A stretch of DNA of 64,000 nucleotides, taken from Mytilus trossulus (Eukaryota). Every line of letters begins with the position of its first letter. Positions within the stretch are counted from its first letter, which is position 1. Shown here one piece after another: positions 50,526 to 63,888 of the stretch. A model generated the notes under the pieces. The model was not told the DNA's origin, did no database searches, and worked only from the letters and a program-made list of their open reading frames with translations. Both the position numbers and the translations under genes were made by a program. The DNA lies in the NCBI RefSeq assembly GCF_036588685.1, contig NC_086375.1, forward strand, positions 47,492,001 to 47,556,000. The letters run 5' to 3'.

Positions 50526-51459
50526 GTTTTCAATTTCTGATTTAAATCTTTAAATGTGTAATAAGTCAGTAGAAAAGTGTTATGCCAAATGTAAAATTGT
50601 CAGCCTTTTTATAGATCCCGAGTCGTTTGCCTCGGTAAATCCATTGTTCAAAGAGATCTCCTACGAAGTGAAGATTCTTTTGTTTATAAATGACAACCCT
50701 GTGTGATCAAATTTACCCCCAAGTGTTTCAACCTTGATAACTCTTTCACTGCTTGTGGCTGAAATATGAAACTTATTATTGTTGTATATTTTTAGCAATA
50801 TGTTATTGCAATTGTAGCTGAAAGGAAACAATTCTTTGTTATTGAACACTATGATTTTGTCTCATTTTTTTGAATTGTTTTGATATTTGATAGTTCGTAA
50901 ATTCGATGCAGAAAAACAACATAGTACATACATGATAGAGGGAAAATGGTTGTACTTTTAGAAAATAGTACATTGTTGACCACAGATATACTCTACTTTT
51001 GTAGCCATGATCCCATATATTTCCTGCATTGGTGACTTATAAATATTTATATAAAGTGTGCAATACAACATGCGGAATGTGTGAAGCAGGAACTCGTTTA
51101 CCTTAGAATTATGCTTTTTTTATATAAATCTTAAGGTTATCTGAGTTTTTGTTAAACCATCGCTATTTTTTACCTTTCTAAAACCATGTTTACAAACATA
51201 TGATTTTGACTGCTCACTTGCTTTTTCCTAATTCTATTTCTCGTGTTGTTTTTTGAATTACTTAGAACTGTTAACATTGATTATAAATTTTGAGAACTTA
51301 CTATGAATACCTTAATGTGGACTTTTCTTGTTTCTTCAATCTGTATTCCCATTGTGTATTTTATTCTGATACTTATATTTAACAGATTGTACAACATGGT
51401 GTAACAGAAATAGTATGTACTTAGCAGAAAGTTCAAAAAGACAGATTTTTTATTTTTTT

Positions 51460-51735
51460 GTCAATACTTGTACTAGTACTTAAATTGTCTTCATTGTAAG
51501 TATATGATACTAGAAGTAAACAAAATTATTATTTACACACAACTAACAACTAAATAAATCAAACGATATCAATTTACACACCACAAGCAGTGAAATGGTC
51601 ATAAAGGTAGAACTCCAGGGGGCTAATACAATCACATACATATGAACTTATAGACAATAGAATTGTCACTTAGTAGGAGATATTTGTCAAACAATAGAAG
51701 CAATAGAGCGATCAACCTATGTTCTGTAGAAGGCA
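51460..51735 (+). promoter_or_regulatory. Orphan promoter copy with mutated TATA
   Basis: Homologous to 6550-6795; gttctgtagaaggc at the TATA position. Confidence 0.65.
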
Positions 51736-52940
51736 TCCAGTAGAAAATGTCTAAAAAAAATTTGTCGTTCTAATTCATTTTTTGTAACATTTTATTTTCA
51801 TTGAAATTTTGATACATCACATTATGATTTCAGTTTGCAAACTTCAAATTTTCTATTTCGGAGTGACATATGGCTATCGGTCAAAATTAAAGTATGGTTG
51901 CTTCTAAGAAGGTTTTGTCCTCAATAAATATTTCATGATTTTGAACAGGCAACATCACTGATTCTAACTTCAAGATAAGATGAAAGTATACCAATGAAGA
52001 TAGAAGTATCTCTAAAACCATGTTGGTACAGAACGATAAAGGACTTATAAGTGGGATAGACTTAACTCGAGATGACCCATTCTTTTGGAGGAGTATGTGT
52101 TGCTCGTTTTTTTCCTATGTAATTCTTTGATGACTTGTTTGCCTTTTTGTCGTTAATTGTTTTTAGAAATGACAATGCCAGTTTCTGAAGTGTTAAATAT
52201 CCGCTTCGCATCTTCTATCTCTTTTTGGTTATGCCTAATACATGAACATTTGTCATGGGTGTTGAAAAAAATGCAAGATTTGATAATGTACAGAACAAAT
52301 AAATCGAACGTTATAAAACGAGTGGATATAGACCGGGAATTGCTTAACCATTTGAAACATTTTATCAGCAACCTTTATTTTACTTCGTGATTTTTTATGT
52401 ACTTTGTTTTCGTTTTTTTCATCTTTTTGAGTTTTCATTGTGTTGTACCCAGTAACTTCGTTGTTTTGTTTCAATCGGCATGTTTTTCTTCGATTTTTAT
52501 CAAAAACTTACTGACTGTAAGAACGGTAACATGTCATCCCTTCAGTATATCAAAAGTAAAATGGTTAACAAAACAAATCATTTTCATGTAAGATAATTTA
52601 TTCAAACAACATAAATTAATGTAATACAATAGTATACAAGTATTGTTTGTGTCTTTTCAACATATAAATTTTTTCTCTTTAAGTTCATCATCGTAATTAA
52701 TTTCACATTGTTTTTGTAAGTTTGTGTCCTTGAACATCACCAGAACCACTTGTTCTCCATCTCAATCACTGAAATTCGACAGGAATATTTCAATCCGTCT
52801 TTGGAATGTACACCAGTGGTACATTCCACCTCCAACTACATCTATCTCAAAGTCTTTTTACAACAGGTATTTTGCTATTTTTGACACATTTTAAGATGTG
52901 TAAAGTATAGGTTTATCTCCGGGCAGAGATAAGTTCAAGT

Positions 52941-53489
52941 TCATCGTGCAAATACACGTTTAAGTACATTGGTTTTCTTTTTTCTGTATCTAATAGCGGC
53001 ACAGACGACACTTTCGAAGACATTCTTTACTCCTTCATTTGTAGCAGCAGAACATTTGTTGTAATAGTCAGCATTAATTGATTTCATAAAGTTTTGTCCT
53101 TCAGCGTCTGATACATGGTCAGTATTATTCTCTTCACGCATGTCACTATGTGTAGCGACCAAAACAATTGGTTTCTTCTTATTTATTTTTCTGACCATTG
53201 GAATCCAATATGATTTGACGTTTTCAAATGATTCTTTGTCAACTGCGCTGTAGCACACAACAATGACGTCAGATTCTGTTATTGTTTTGGATCTAGCTGA
53301 TTGATCTTCATAGCTGATGACGCTGTACTTGTCACCATAAGCAGACACAGATCCAGTTGATGTTTCTGCAACTGTAGCAACATATTGTTCAGCGAACTGG
53401 CTTCCAGCAAATCTTTTAGTAAGGCATGTTTTGCCTACCATTCCATCACCAACAACGGCACAGGAAACAGTGTTCTCGTTACAAACCAT
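52941..53489 (-). CDS. Atypical Rho-like small GTPase, intronless, 182 aa
   Basis: Intact ORF. TATA box at 53574-53581. Promoter is more diverged than in the other copies. Confidence 0.92.
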   Translation of the reverse strand: MVCNENTVSCAVVGDGMVGKTCLTKRFAGSQFAEQYVATVAETSTGSVSAYGDKYSVISYEDQSARSKTITESDVIVVCYSAVDKESFENVKSYWIPMVRKINKKKPIVLVATHSDMREENNTDHVSDAEGQNFMKSINADYYNKCSAATNEGVKNVFESVVCAAIRYRKKKTNVLKRVFAR

Positions 53490-56400
53490 TTTCGTAGTTT
53501 TTTTAAGTCTTTAAATGTGTTACGAGTATTTAAAGTAGATATTCGTTATGAGAGAAAGTTACAATTTCTGTCCCTTTTATAGATCGTTTGTTTTTCGGTC
53601 GGATTCGCCCATTGTTCTTCAAATCTCCTGCAAAGAAACAATGCTTTTGTTTTTTCTTGCACACTGGTGGTATCAAGTTTACCCCCTGGAGTCACTACGT
53701 ATATGTCCAAATCACTCTATGTGGTAGGAAAAGGAAAGTATTTTGAAAATTTGTTAATGTTTACTTTTCGATAGTCGAGTTTTCCACAGACATAACAGTA
53801 ATACAATACGGCGTTGGAGGAGAACAACATTTTGTTTATACAGTTTTGTCTTTTTGAATTTCGTATGAATTGTTGTTTTGAAATAGAACAACTCACATGA
53901 ATATCATGCTGTCTTGATTTTTGCAGTTTGTAATCATGTATGATAAAGTTATACCCTTAAAGTAAACTTTCTGTGTAATTCCTCCTTTCCCTTTCAATAC
54001 TTTCTACCTTGCTTGCACGGCAGCATTTTTATGAAACCATTAAGTCTTGTGAATGTTGTTGTCTTCTTTACCCTACTTGTTTATATAATTTTCGATGATT
54101 GTATAATTTTATCTGTCTTTTTCAAATTAGTAAAGGTTAATGTTTTTTTACTCATTTTTAACAAACACGCCTTTCCGTGCAGACAGTGTATGTTGTTGAA
54201 CATATGAAGGAATTCATATCTGATAAAAGAAGAAGTCTGAAATAAGTTCAAATATGCTTGCATATTAAGCACAATGATGTTCATACGATTAAATATTCGT
54301 TTGTGTCAAACAAACGGGTACAATATTTAATGCTAATGAATGCCATTTAGTTTTGCAAATTTCACTTCATTTTCTGCATAAATGTGTTTTCAGTTAACAT
54401 AGAAAACCTCTATATAAGGTAGAAGATAATGCAAACTCAGATATAATTTACATGTTATATGGTATATATTTGTGTAAATAGAATGCACGTTTTTTTGTGG
54501 ATTCTCATTATATGACAGTCCACTGTCTGAACTTTAAGGGAATTTCTACTGATACTATATGTCGAAGATAGTCCAAATGGGGTTATTGAATTGTTTTACC
54601 ATCAAAATATATCGCATTTCTCGTTTCCTTTTTTTACAATTAGATATAAACAGACCAACAGAGAGTTTCGTAGCTGAAAACAAAAGGTGTATTCGCTTGA
54701 TTAGAAAACAATGCGTATACCTACTGATTGACTCAAGGTGGTAAATATCTCGCTGGTAATGCTGGTAGGGGTTGTAATATTATCTAGTGTTTCATTTTTG
54801 AAAACTACAGGGGGTTAATGTACATATATACTGTATTTGTTTGTGCTCTATCATTTTTATTCTGTAAATGGACTAGCGATGATTCTTTGTGGATATTCAG
54901 TGCAATATTCAGTGTTTTGCTAAATTATAGTTTTGGTTTTAGTATACTTTGGAATAATACAAGTGGAACTATTTGGTGTTTTCTTAAATCCAACAGTATT
55001 CATGGATTATAATAGATTTATCAATATCATATAATTTTTTTTAAAACTAGTGATGGTTTTGTGTTCATACAATCGTAATTAGATTCAGGTGGATGTAAAA
55101 GAAGTTTGATGAGCAAGTGTTGATGACTTTTATGTATTCTACCAAACAAATATCATTGGATTATACCAAAAACATATCAATGGATTACATTTCAAACATT
55201 GCATAATGCATTGCAGTTGAAAACTGTTTGGTTATTCTATTTGACTCTTTGGTCTCCCTAATGTTATCTACTGTAACAATATTTCCTAAAGTTTGTATAT
55301 ACTTTTATAAGAAGTATATAACTATGGTAATAAATATATTGAAAACATGTTCCTCTATTTCAGACTTAATTTTTAAATTGTTCTTTCTTTTGCAAATGAT
55401 TTATTAATAATGTTAAAAATACTTTACTAAACATCGGTTTCCATCTTATTAATAAGATTGATTGCACACTTTCATGCATACTGCAATTGATTTGTTAGAT
55501 AAGAGGCATCGGTGTTGTGTTTTTTTTCTGGTGGTGATGCAAGCTATGGTTAGACTCAGGGTGTCTTTTTGAGAGAAGTAATTATTTGCAAAGGCGACAA
55601 TAGTAGCATTTTGTGTCCGTGTTTTCATGGTTAGAAGAAATCGGTCGACAAAAAGACATATTCTGAGTTTTCAACACCTTTGGTTTTGAATACATTTGAA
55701 TAAGCATAAGGTGCCACTGCTATTTTTACGTAACATTGCCTTTTTATGATATTGTGAGACTCCGGGTGGTTTTCTGTATAAACGAAAATAAGAAAACGAA
55801 ATTTCGAAATGCAAAATAAAAATTAAGGTCAAAAGCAAACAATTTGCAAGGTAAGGTCACATTAACAGTTGAACATTGAAGAATAGTAGTATATTGATTT
55901 TTAAATGTCATATTCCTTTGCTGGGGACATTTAACTTAAGTATTTAAATTATTATGAGAAAAGATTTTAAACTTTTTAATTAGACAGATTTCGCTAAAAG
56001 ACTCTTTGTTGAATTCGTAAAATTAAGTAAATTTTCACTAAATAAAATACAATACCGTCAAATTGACATACCCCATACCAAGTATAAACAGTAATATTGT
56101 AAATGGCCTTGTCCTTATTGTGCTACATAAATCCGATATTGTTGTCAGAACTTTATATTCGAAATAGTTGCAAAATATTATTTTAATGTAATTCAGACAA
56201 GTTAGTACAAGGTATTAATCGTATTTGGTCTTGGATTGCAAATATATCGTTAGGAAAACCTGAAAAATATTACTGTGACTATTTAGGGCTCTTGCTTTGA
56301 TATCACATCGTATGTTAATACGGATTATATATATTCCAGGAAATGATAATATAGCACCTATTCGTGGTCTTGATCTTGATCTACCTATTTAGTCGACTCT

Positions 56401-59400
56401 ATGATCAGTTGTAAAGACTTTAACTTTTATTCATATAAAAAGTTAGCGAATATGTCATTTACAAAGAACTAAATTTTTTTTATTTTTTTTGTTGTTGGAA
56501 AAGGGAGCTTTTTATCGCGATTCTTTGAAAACCGAAAGGTAAATCAAAGATGGAACAAGAAGTCATAATTTCAGAAAAAAAACCTGAACTATACATAAGA
56601 TTATAATAAAGGACATAAAAATAATTACAAGCAATTCTTTTATATGTTATAATGTTTATTATAGCATATTGTAGAGTTACTAACATGATATATAAAATAA
56701 CCCTCTTAAATTGAATAACTTTTAAATTATAAATTGGTAAATAATCAAGAAACTAAAGTTCCATCTTCCTCACTTGACCTTAGATGCTATTATTTGAAGT
56801 CCATTTTTTGTCATACAGCTCTTCCTCCTACATCATTTGGTTTAAAAGCATTCGGCTTTGAGCGTTCCTGGTGAAGTTTATTAAAAGAAGCTCCTTAGAC
56901 ATAAAAAGTAAAATCACAAAAATACTGAGCTCAAAGGAAAATTCAAAAGTCTCTAATCAAATGGCAAAATAAAATGATAAAACACATCAAACGATAATAA
57001 TTCATTTCATAAGTGCTTTTTGTTTTATCTTTATTGAACGTTCTTCTGTGAGATTTTTTTTATATTAATATTAATGGGTTGCAATGATATTTTGATACTT
57101 GTCTATTGATTTTGGTTTCGTGTGGATGTTAACTCATTTAGAATACGAAAGACATCACTTACATGGACATCATCTTCCATTCCGTCCATGATTTTATACT
57201 TTGTTTTGAAACCCCAGATTGTTGGAAAACTGATAAGACAATCTGTGTAGTGTTATAAAGATCTACTGGTATTGTGCCAATAATGCGTTAGTTTAAATTT
57301 GTAAGCAAGAAATTTAAAAGGGAAAACTTTCTGTTTGAACTGTTTGATTATATAATAGATTTGATAATAGTTTGATAGATAACAACCTTTCAATAACCAT
57401 AGCCTTGATTGCGAGTGTCTGTGACATATCCTCGACATGAATCAAAATATTGCAGTCGGTGCAGTGTACCCGCTAGATAATTCCACTAAAGTGGGGTAGA
57501 AAGTAAATATGTTCTTAAAACTACAACGTGTTGGCATTTTTAAACGTAATTTCCACTAAATTGCCTGCACATAATGACCTCATAAAACAGATGGTCTAGG
57601 AATTAAATATAATTACATGTATTATATTTTATTATTAACCTGAACAATACATGAGAATTATACTTCACCATACTCAAAGTTTACTTTGATTTATTTGACA
57701 ATTTAAAGAGAAAAGCTTACCATAGACTTTATTAGCCTTTAAGTGTTAAGTGTTACTTTTATAAACGAAGAACATGCGCACTCTCTATTTTTCTCTTTCT
57801 CTCGAAAAATAGGTTGATAACCCTCTTAATTTATACAAGCTATTTGCCAAATGTTTGTCTTTTGGTGCGATCACTTGGAAATGAAACCTGAATATACGTG
57901 ACATTTTTGCAACGATCTTGTATGTAAAATTCTATTGATATATAAAGATAGTATATGACATTGTCCTTGAAAAGGGATACAGCGAAACGACAAAATACTT
58001 TTCGTAAAATTCGTATCCCTCAATTATTTGTTGATATTTGCTTAATATCATGATGTTGTCAATGGTAATTTTTCTGAGCGTTTCGTTTATGCTGAGATTC
58101 CTTTATTGTTTTGGCAGTTTACTTTTAAATCTTCGTGGTTTTATTGCTACGTCTGTTTTCATTGTTACCAGCTTAATTTTGGATTCTGAATACTCATTGG
58201 CCGTAAACAATGAACGCGAATCTTGAAAAGTCAAATTTTAAAGTTGTAGATCCTATATTCAAGCATTTTAATAACAATAATCAAACTCGGCAAAGTTAAA
58301 CTCTTTCGATGTAAAAAAAAAAAGCAAAAAATATTTTGAAATTGTAACAAGTAAATTCAGTTCATGAAATGTGCGTTTCTGAGAATGTCAAAATATAGAC
58401 ATTGTTATCTAACTGTAAAGTATAACTTTAATAATGTTGTTTTTTCTTAAACGCGTTTGGACTTCGATTTAATATACATAATATATAAAGATAGCAAGTC
58501 TAGCCAGTAAAACAAAATGAGTATCTAGTACACTTTCAATAAGCAACGAATTGTCTACAAGGTACTTCGTAGGAGATATTTATTACTATATATTTGACAT
58601 TGGAAATTTATATTAATATTTATACAGCTTATAAATCTAATTCCATTTCTTTGTGTTCAACAAACTGTGTATAAATAACATTTTGCCTACACTCTTTAAA
58701 TCGCCTGTATCAGCAAATACTAAAGGTTTAAAAGTTGAAATCAGCATGAAGCCATTGTATAGTAGTAAAACTGACCTTGATGTTTAAATGAAAACTTTTA
58801 TGTAAACAACTTATATAACGTCATGTACTGACCGAGCTTTTGGTCAGTCATGGTAGGATAAATGGCCAGTTTGCACTCAAAGACATAGAAGAAACTTTAT
58901 ATCATCGCAGGAACTAAAAGTAAACGTACTTGATTTAACTTTCTGTTTTTTTTTAGCAATTTATTAATGTGTGCTGGTTTTATTATATATAATGTGTATT
59001 CTATGATCTTCAACGACAATCAAACCATGGGAAAGTGGTGTAATATCAGAACATATGAAAAAGACAATCAATTATGGTTGAAAAAATACCGAACTCCAAG
59101 TGAAATTTAAAACGGAAATTCCTGTTAAACATGACAAAACCAAAAGCGCAAACACATCAAACGAAAGGAAAACAACTGTCGTATTCCTGACTTAGAACAG
59201 GTACTTCCTTACGTGGAAAATACTGGATTAAACCTGGATTTATGGCTAGCTTAACCTTTCAGTTGTATGACAGAACTTTGCATTAAATTTCATTATGTTG
59301 ACAACGATACGCTATTAACACAAACGGACATAGTAGGCAACAACGGCAAACATTGGGATATCAGCAGTCAAAATGAAAATGTCATTAAGCTTTCATTGTA

Positions 59401-59797
59401 TGCTTTCTTGGTTTTAAAATGTATTGAAGAAATACATAAACTCATCCTTGGTAATTTGTTGGGAGAGGAAACACTATACTTTGTTTAAACACCTCTGAGA
59501 TAAATAAATCACTTAAACTTAAATCACCAAGGCTAATTATTTTATATACGCCGAATTATTGTTTGGTTTGTTTGTTCTTTCATCATTCATCTCCAGCCAT
59601 TGCGTTACTTATGCAAGCATCTCCGAAAAAAAACGTTGCCAATAATCAATATGCAATAAAAGCTTACTACCTTCTTTAAGTCTATCTTAGTAATGCCTCC
59701 TTTTAAAATAAACGAAATCGTTCATGACAGATCTGGAAAATAACAAGATTGAAAACGAACCTAAATGTTTGAAAGTCAACGTTTTTCGCCTTGTCTA

Positions 59798-61320
59798 TCA
59801 TTTACCCATGAGTGTATGAAGAAGACTCGAGCGACGCCTTCTTTTAGACTTTATAACTGAAAGTAAAATATCTTCGAATAATTCATCTACTTCTTCTTTG
59901 TTATCAGATCTACATTCGATGTACGCATCAAATTTGTGAGATTCCATTATATCAAGTCCTTCTTGTTTAGATACATTGTTATGTTCGTCCCTGGTGTCTT
60001 TGTATGTGGCAACTAATACCACTGGCGTTTTCTTGCATAGGTTTCTAATTTCCGGAATCCAGAATGACTTGACATTTTCAAAGGATTCTCTGTCGGATAC
60101 ACTATAACACAAGATAAATACATTGGCTTCTTTGTAGGACTTTGTTCTAACCTCCTTGTAGTCATGCTGAAAAATAAAACAAAATACACCATAAGTAATT
60201 TAATCTATTTGTGGGGCTACTGTGCATGCTCTAAGCATTTAAAATGAGCAAGAGCAAAGACCGGTTGGCCGGAAGTCAGAATTATGTGTCCGGGAAGGGT
60301 AACATATTTTCCTGCAGACTGTCAACATCGTCCATGAACTAGAACGTTAAAAAGCCGTCTTGGCGTGTCAGTCTCATACAAAGCAGGTTTAATAATTATG
60401 CTACATACATATTAACATGTTCTAGTCCTGAATATGCATATAATTTGCAACATGTTGTTAAACAGTCATCCGTCATCATTAGTTGCAAATTTGATTATCG
60501 ATTGTGATACGCTTTATGATTTGTCATTAATTCGTTTTGCAATAATTTTTTTGTTCATTTGAAAACAAAAGACAGACACCATACATTCATTTGAATATCT
60601 TACATATAAGAAGAAAAATATCATTATGTAACAATATTAAACATTCCTTTTAAATATTACTTTCATGCTTAAACTAATATAAAAATTAGGAGATGTGGTT
60701 TAATTGTCTATGATACAACTATCCACCAGAGTAAAAATGAAGCGGTAAAAAGCAATTGTAGGTCACCGTAAGCTTATTATAAAATCTATAGCACTTATAT
60801 AAAATATACTAAGAGGATGTGATATGATTGCCTTTGAGACAACTCTCCACAAGAGACCAAACGATACAGAAATAAACAGCTATAATGGGTCACAGTGTGG
60901 ACTTCAACAATGAGAAAAGCCTTTACCTCATAGTCAGCTAAAAAAAGGCCCATTTGTCAAAAAAATCGAATAATTTGTTTTAAACACTAACCTGGCCAGA
61001 TGAAATAAACAACTATAGGGCACAGTATGTGTTTCAACAATGAGCAAAGCCCATACCGCAGAGTCAGATAAAAAGGGCCCATCTTCCAATACAATAAAAT
61101 GATTTGTTTAAACACTAACCTGGCCAGATGAGTCTACTATTTTGATGATATAATCTGAACCCATCATGTAAGTCGGTACAGTGTATAAATCAGAAACTGT
61201 TGCTGTATAGTCGTCTGATGTTTGACTTCCGGCAAATGTTTTACAAATTTGAGTCTTTCCTACCATCCCATCTCCTACAATAGGGCACATAACAGTTTTA
61301 TCGTTCTCGTGGGTTAGCAT
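59798..61320 (-). CDS. Rho-like small GTPase, two exons (61120-61320; 59798-60166), 189 aa, G3 retained (DSSGQ), no CAAX
   Basis: Exon 1 ...GDGMVGKT...IVDSSGQ|gttagt. Acceptor tttcag|CAT at 60166. Exon 2 HDYKEVRTKSYKEANVFILCYSVSDRESFENVKSFWIPEI...KSKRRRRSSLLHTLMGK*. Same phase-0 intron position as the pseudogene. Confidence 0.9.
60865..61131. repeat. ~130-bp tandem duplication spanning the exon 1 donor of the G3-retaining GTPase
   Basis: taaacactaacctggccagatga occurs at 60981-61003 and 61109-61131, each preceded by the same repeat-derived sequence. Confidence 0.75.
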
Positions 61321-63866
61321 GTTGTTTTATAAGTCAGATCGTCAACTGATCATTAAAAATCGCAATCACAGTTTTATACCATAAACTTCAAAATTTTATC
61401 CATCTTAAGCACAACCTTTCATAATCGACTAATCCTCCCATAATGAACTTCGACGAAAATTTGATCGCTACTGTGAAATTATTAATCTCCTTCATCAAAA
61501 AATGAAATGTCTCCTTTGCTTTTGAATTATTAATTTTAAGCCTGTGAGAATGTAGACAGTTTTAAAAGAGATACTTAATTCCAACACATATCTTATAACA
61601 TGGAATATATGAATTAAGATATTAACGTAAATTTGTTTAAGATAAAGAAACTAAGTTTTCAACTCCCTCTGGCAGATTTGAGCGTTAGTTAGAGGGGTTT
61701 TGCTATATATTTTATGTTGGTCCCTTTTGGTTACAAAGCGCTTTGATTGTTTCAGGTCTTGTACAACCTAGGCGTCCAATATTCGACTTCGAGCCTTCAT
61801 GATGAAAGTAAATTCTGAAAAGCGCTTTGGACGCATGTCATTTAAAATGTGTTGTTCTTATTTTTAGCTCACTTGTGTCCCAAGGTCCCAATCTGAGCTT
61901 ATGCCATGACTTGACGTTCGTCGTTATCCGTTGTCTGTCTTCATCGTCCGTCGTAGTCGTAAACTGTTTAAAAATGCAGTTTTTTGGCTTATCTTATATC
62001 TAAAAAAAAATAAAAAGTACTTAGAGGGAATCTGACATTGGTTAAAAATGTTCAAAATGTCAAGATCTATCAGCCCTGAAATTTCAGACGAATCGAACGA
62101 CCCATTATCGGGTTGCTGCCACTAAATTAGTAATTAGTTTTTTTTATAAAATTTAGGTTATTTAAGAATTAACAAAGTAGGATGTGTATACGACAAGGCA
62201 TACATGTACCATAGGAAGTTTTGTTTTAATATGTTTTTAAATTTCACAACATAGGTCGGAGAATGGAACGTTAACGGTTTTTTTTCTTCTTTAAGAACAT
62301 ATTATTAACGAGTTTCTTAATCAAATACAAGGTTTTTCTATTTCTTTTTTTTACAAGATTTTTTTGAGAACGGTTTAATGCGTAGTACTAGGATACCGAA
62401 GTCAGTAGAAAAGGTATCTTTTATAACAATATAAATTCATCATCAAGAACAATGTAAAAATAACAATGATCAAATTTAGGGCTCACATGATTAAACTCTA
62501 TTAAAAGTTATAGCAGATGTTTTACTGTGTCCGGTGGTAATAACCTATAATGGGAATTAAAGTATTTTAATTGATTTAAATACTAGAATAATACATCTGT
62601 TCAGGACAAGTTTGACTAGGAAATTATAGTAAATAATGAGATCTATATCATTCTTTTCTCAATCAATTAATTAAAATTAAAAGTTTTGCGTACAATTCTT
62701 GTTTATGCAATCCTTAGATCTGAACTTGACTTGACCTCACTAACTCTTTTTTTCGTAATTCATTGTTAAAATTTGATGGCATAATATCCCAATAGACATT
62801 CATATAACAACAGCGTCTTTAGACCTGCAATTTGAACCATAACACTCAAAGTATAATAAAATTAAACTTAAAGAGGCAAAATTTGCATAATTGTGACACC
62901 ATTTGAATGTTTAAGTAGTTATTTTCTATGGATTACATATATTTTACATTCTGAGTGAAGATGAATTATACAGTAATTGGTATTTTGATTGATTTTTGGC
63001 ACAGTTGTAAGGCCTCTTTTTAACCCGATCTTGAACTCTCAATTCTTCATAAACAAATCTATAAAATAATATTTTATCATATAATGAATACATGTACATT
63101 GTATATTCAAAGAGCTGAATATAAAACTCCAAACAAGTTTTCTTTTCTTTTCTTTTTTTTTTTTTAGATAAAAAGCATTTCTTATCTTCTGTTAACATTT
63201 TTTTTTAAATATATCAATTTTAATAAGTTCATTGCGTTCAGTGTTTAAGAGTATCTGCTAAACTTCCTTTTTGACAAGTTATCTAAGTAATTTCTTAATT
63301 TTTCAAATGCAAAACATTGTACAACCCTAGTAAACCATAAATGCTCTTCCTCTCCAAACTATGTTCTATCTATAGGATTGTTTTGTTATCCATGGTTCTT
63401 CCATATGTTTTGCATAGTTTGATTTTCTGTTGTGCCGTTACAACACTGTCCCAGGTAAGAGGAGGGTTGGCTCTTTCAAACATGTTTAACCCTGTCATAT
63501 TCTTTGTACGTGTGCCTGTTGCAAGTCAGGAGTCTGTAGTTCAGTTTGCTATCACGGTTTGTTTTTTTTGTAAATTGTTATGATATAAATTAGTTTTCAA
63601 TATAATGGTTTATCATTTTCCATGTCGGGGCCTTTTTATAACCGACTATACGATATGGGTTTTTCTCATTGTTGAAGGCCATAGGGTGGTCGGTGATTGC
63701 TTAGCTCCGAGTCAATTGAACTTCGCTGGATTGTTGTCTCAGTGGCAATCATACAACATTTCTTTCTTTTTCCGTCAAATATTTAGAATTTACAAGTCCA
63801 TTGACATTAAACACATCGCAAAATTTCAAGGTGGTTTAGAGGTTGTGACCTGGAAATCAAAGGTGT

Positions 63867-63888
63867 ATAATAATAATAAATAATAATA
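63867..63888. repeat. Imperfect (AAT)n microsatellite
   Basis: ataataataataaataataataa. Confidence 0.6.

Larger units (their letters stand above)
43600..53600 (-). repeat. Tandem segmental repeat, ~2.86-2.96 kb unit, one GTPase gene per unit
   Basis: Stop codons at 44154, 47014, 49977 and 52941 (spacings 2860, 2963, 2964), with alignable intergenic sequence. Confidence 0.9.

Noticed and set aside
44154-53489. Retrogene origin of the intronless GTPases
   Set aside because: They keep the promoter shared with the intron-bearing paralogue, have no poly(A) remnant or TSD, and the junction is missing exon codons.
53600-59700. Short ORFs in the AT-rich interval between GTPase genes
   Set aside because: Low-complexity translations with no motifs and no phase-consistent exon chain found; only repeat fragments recognised.
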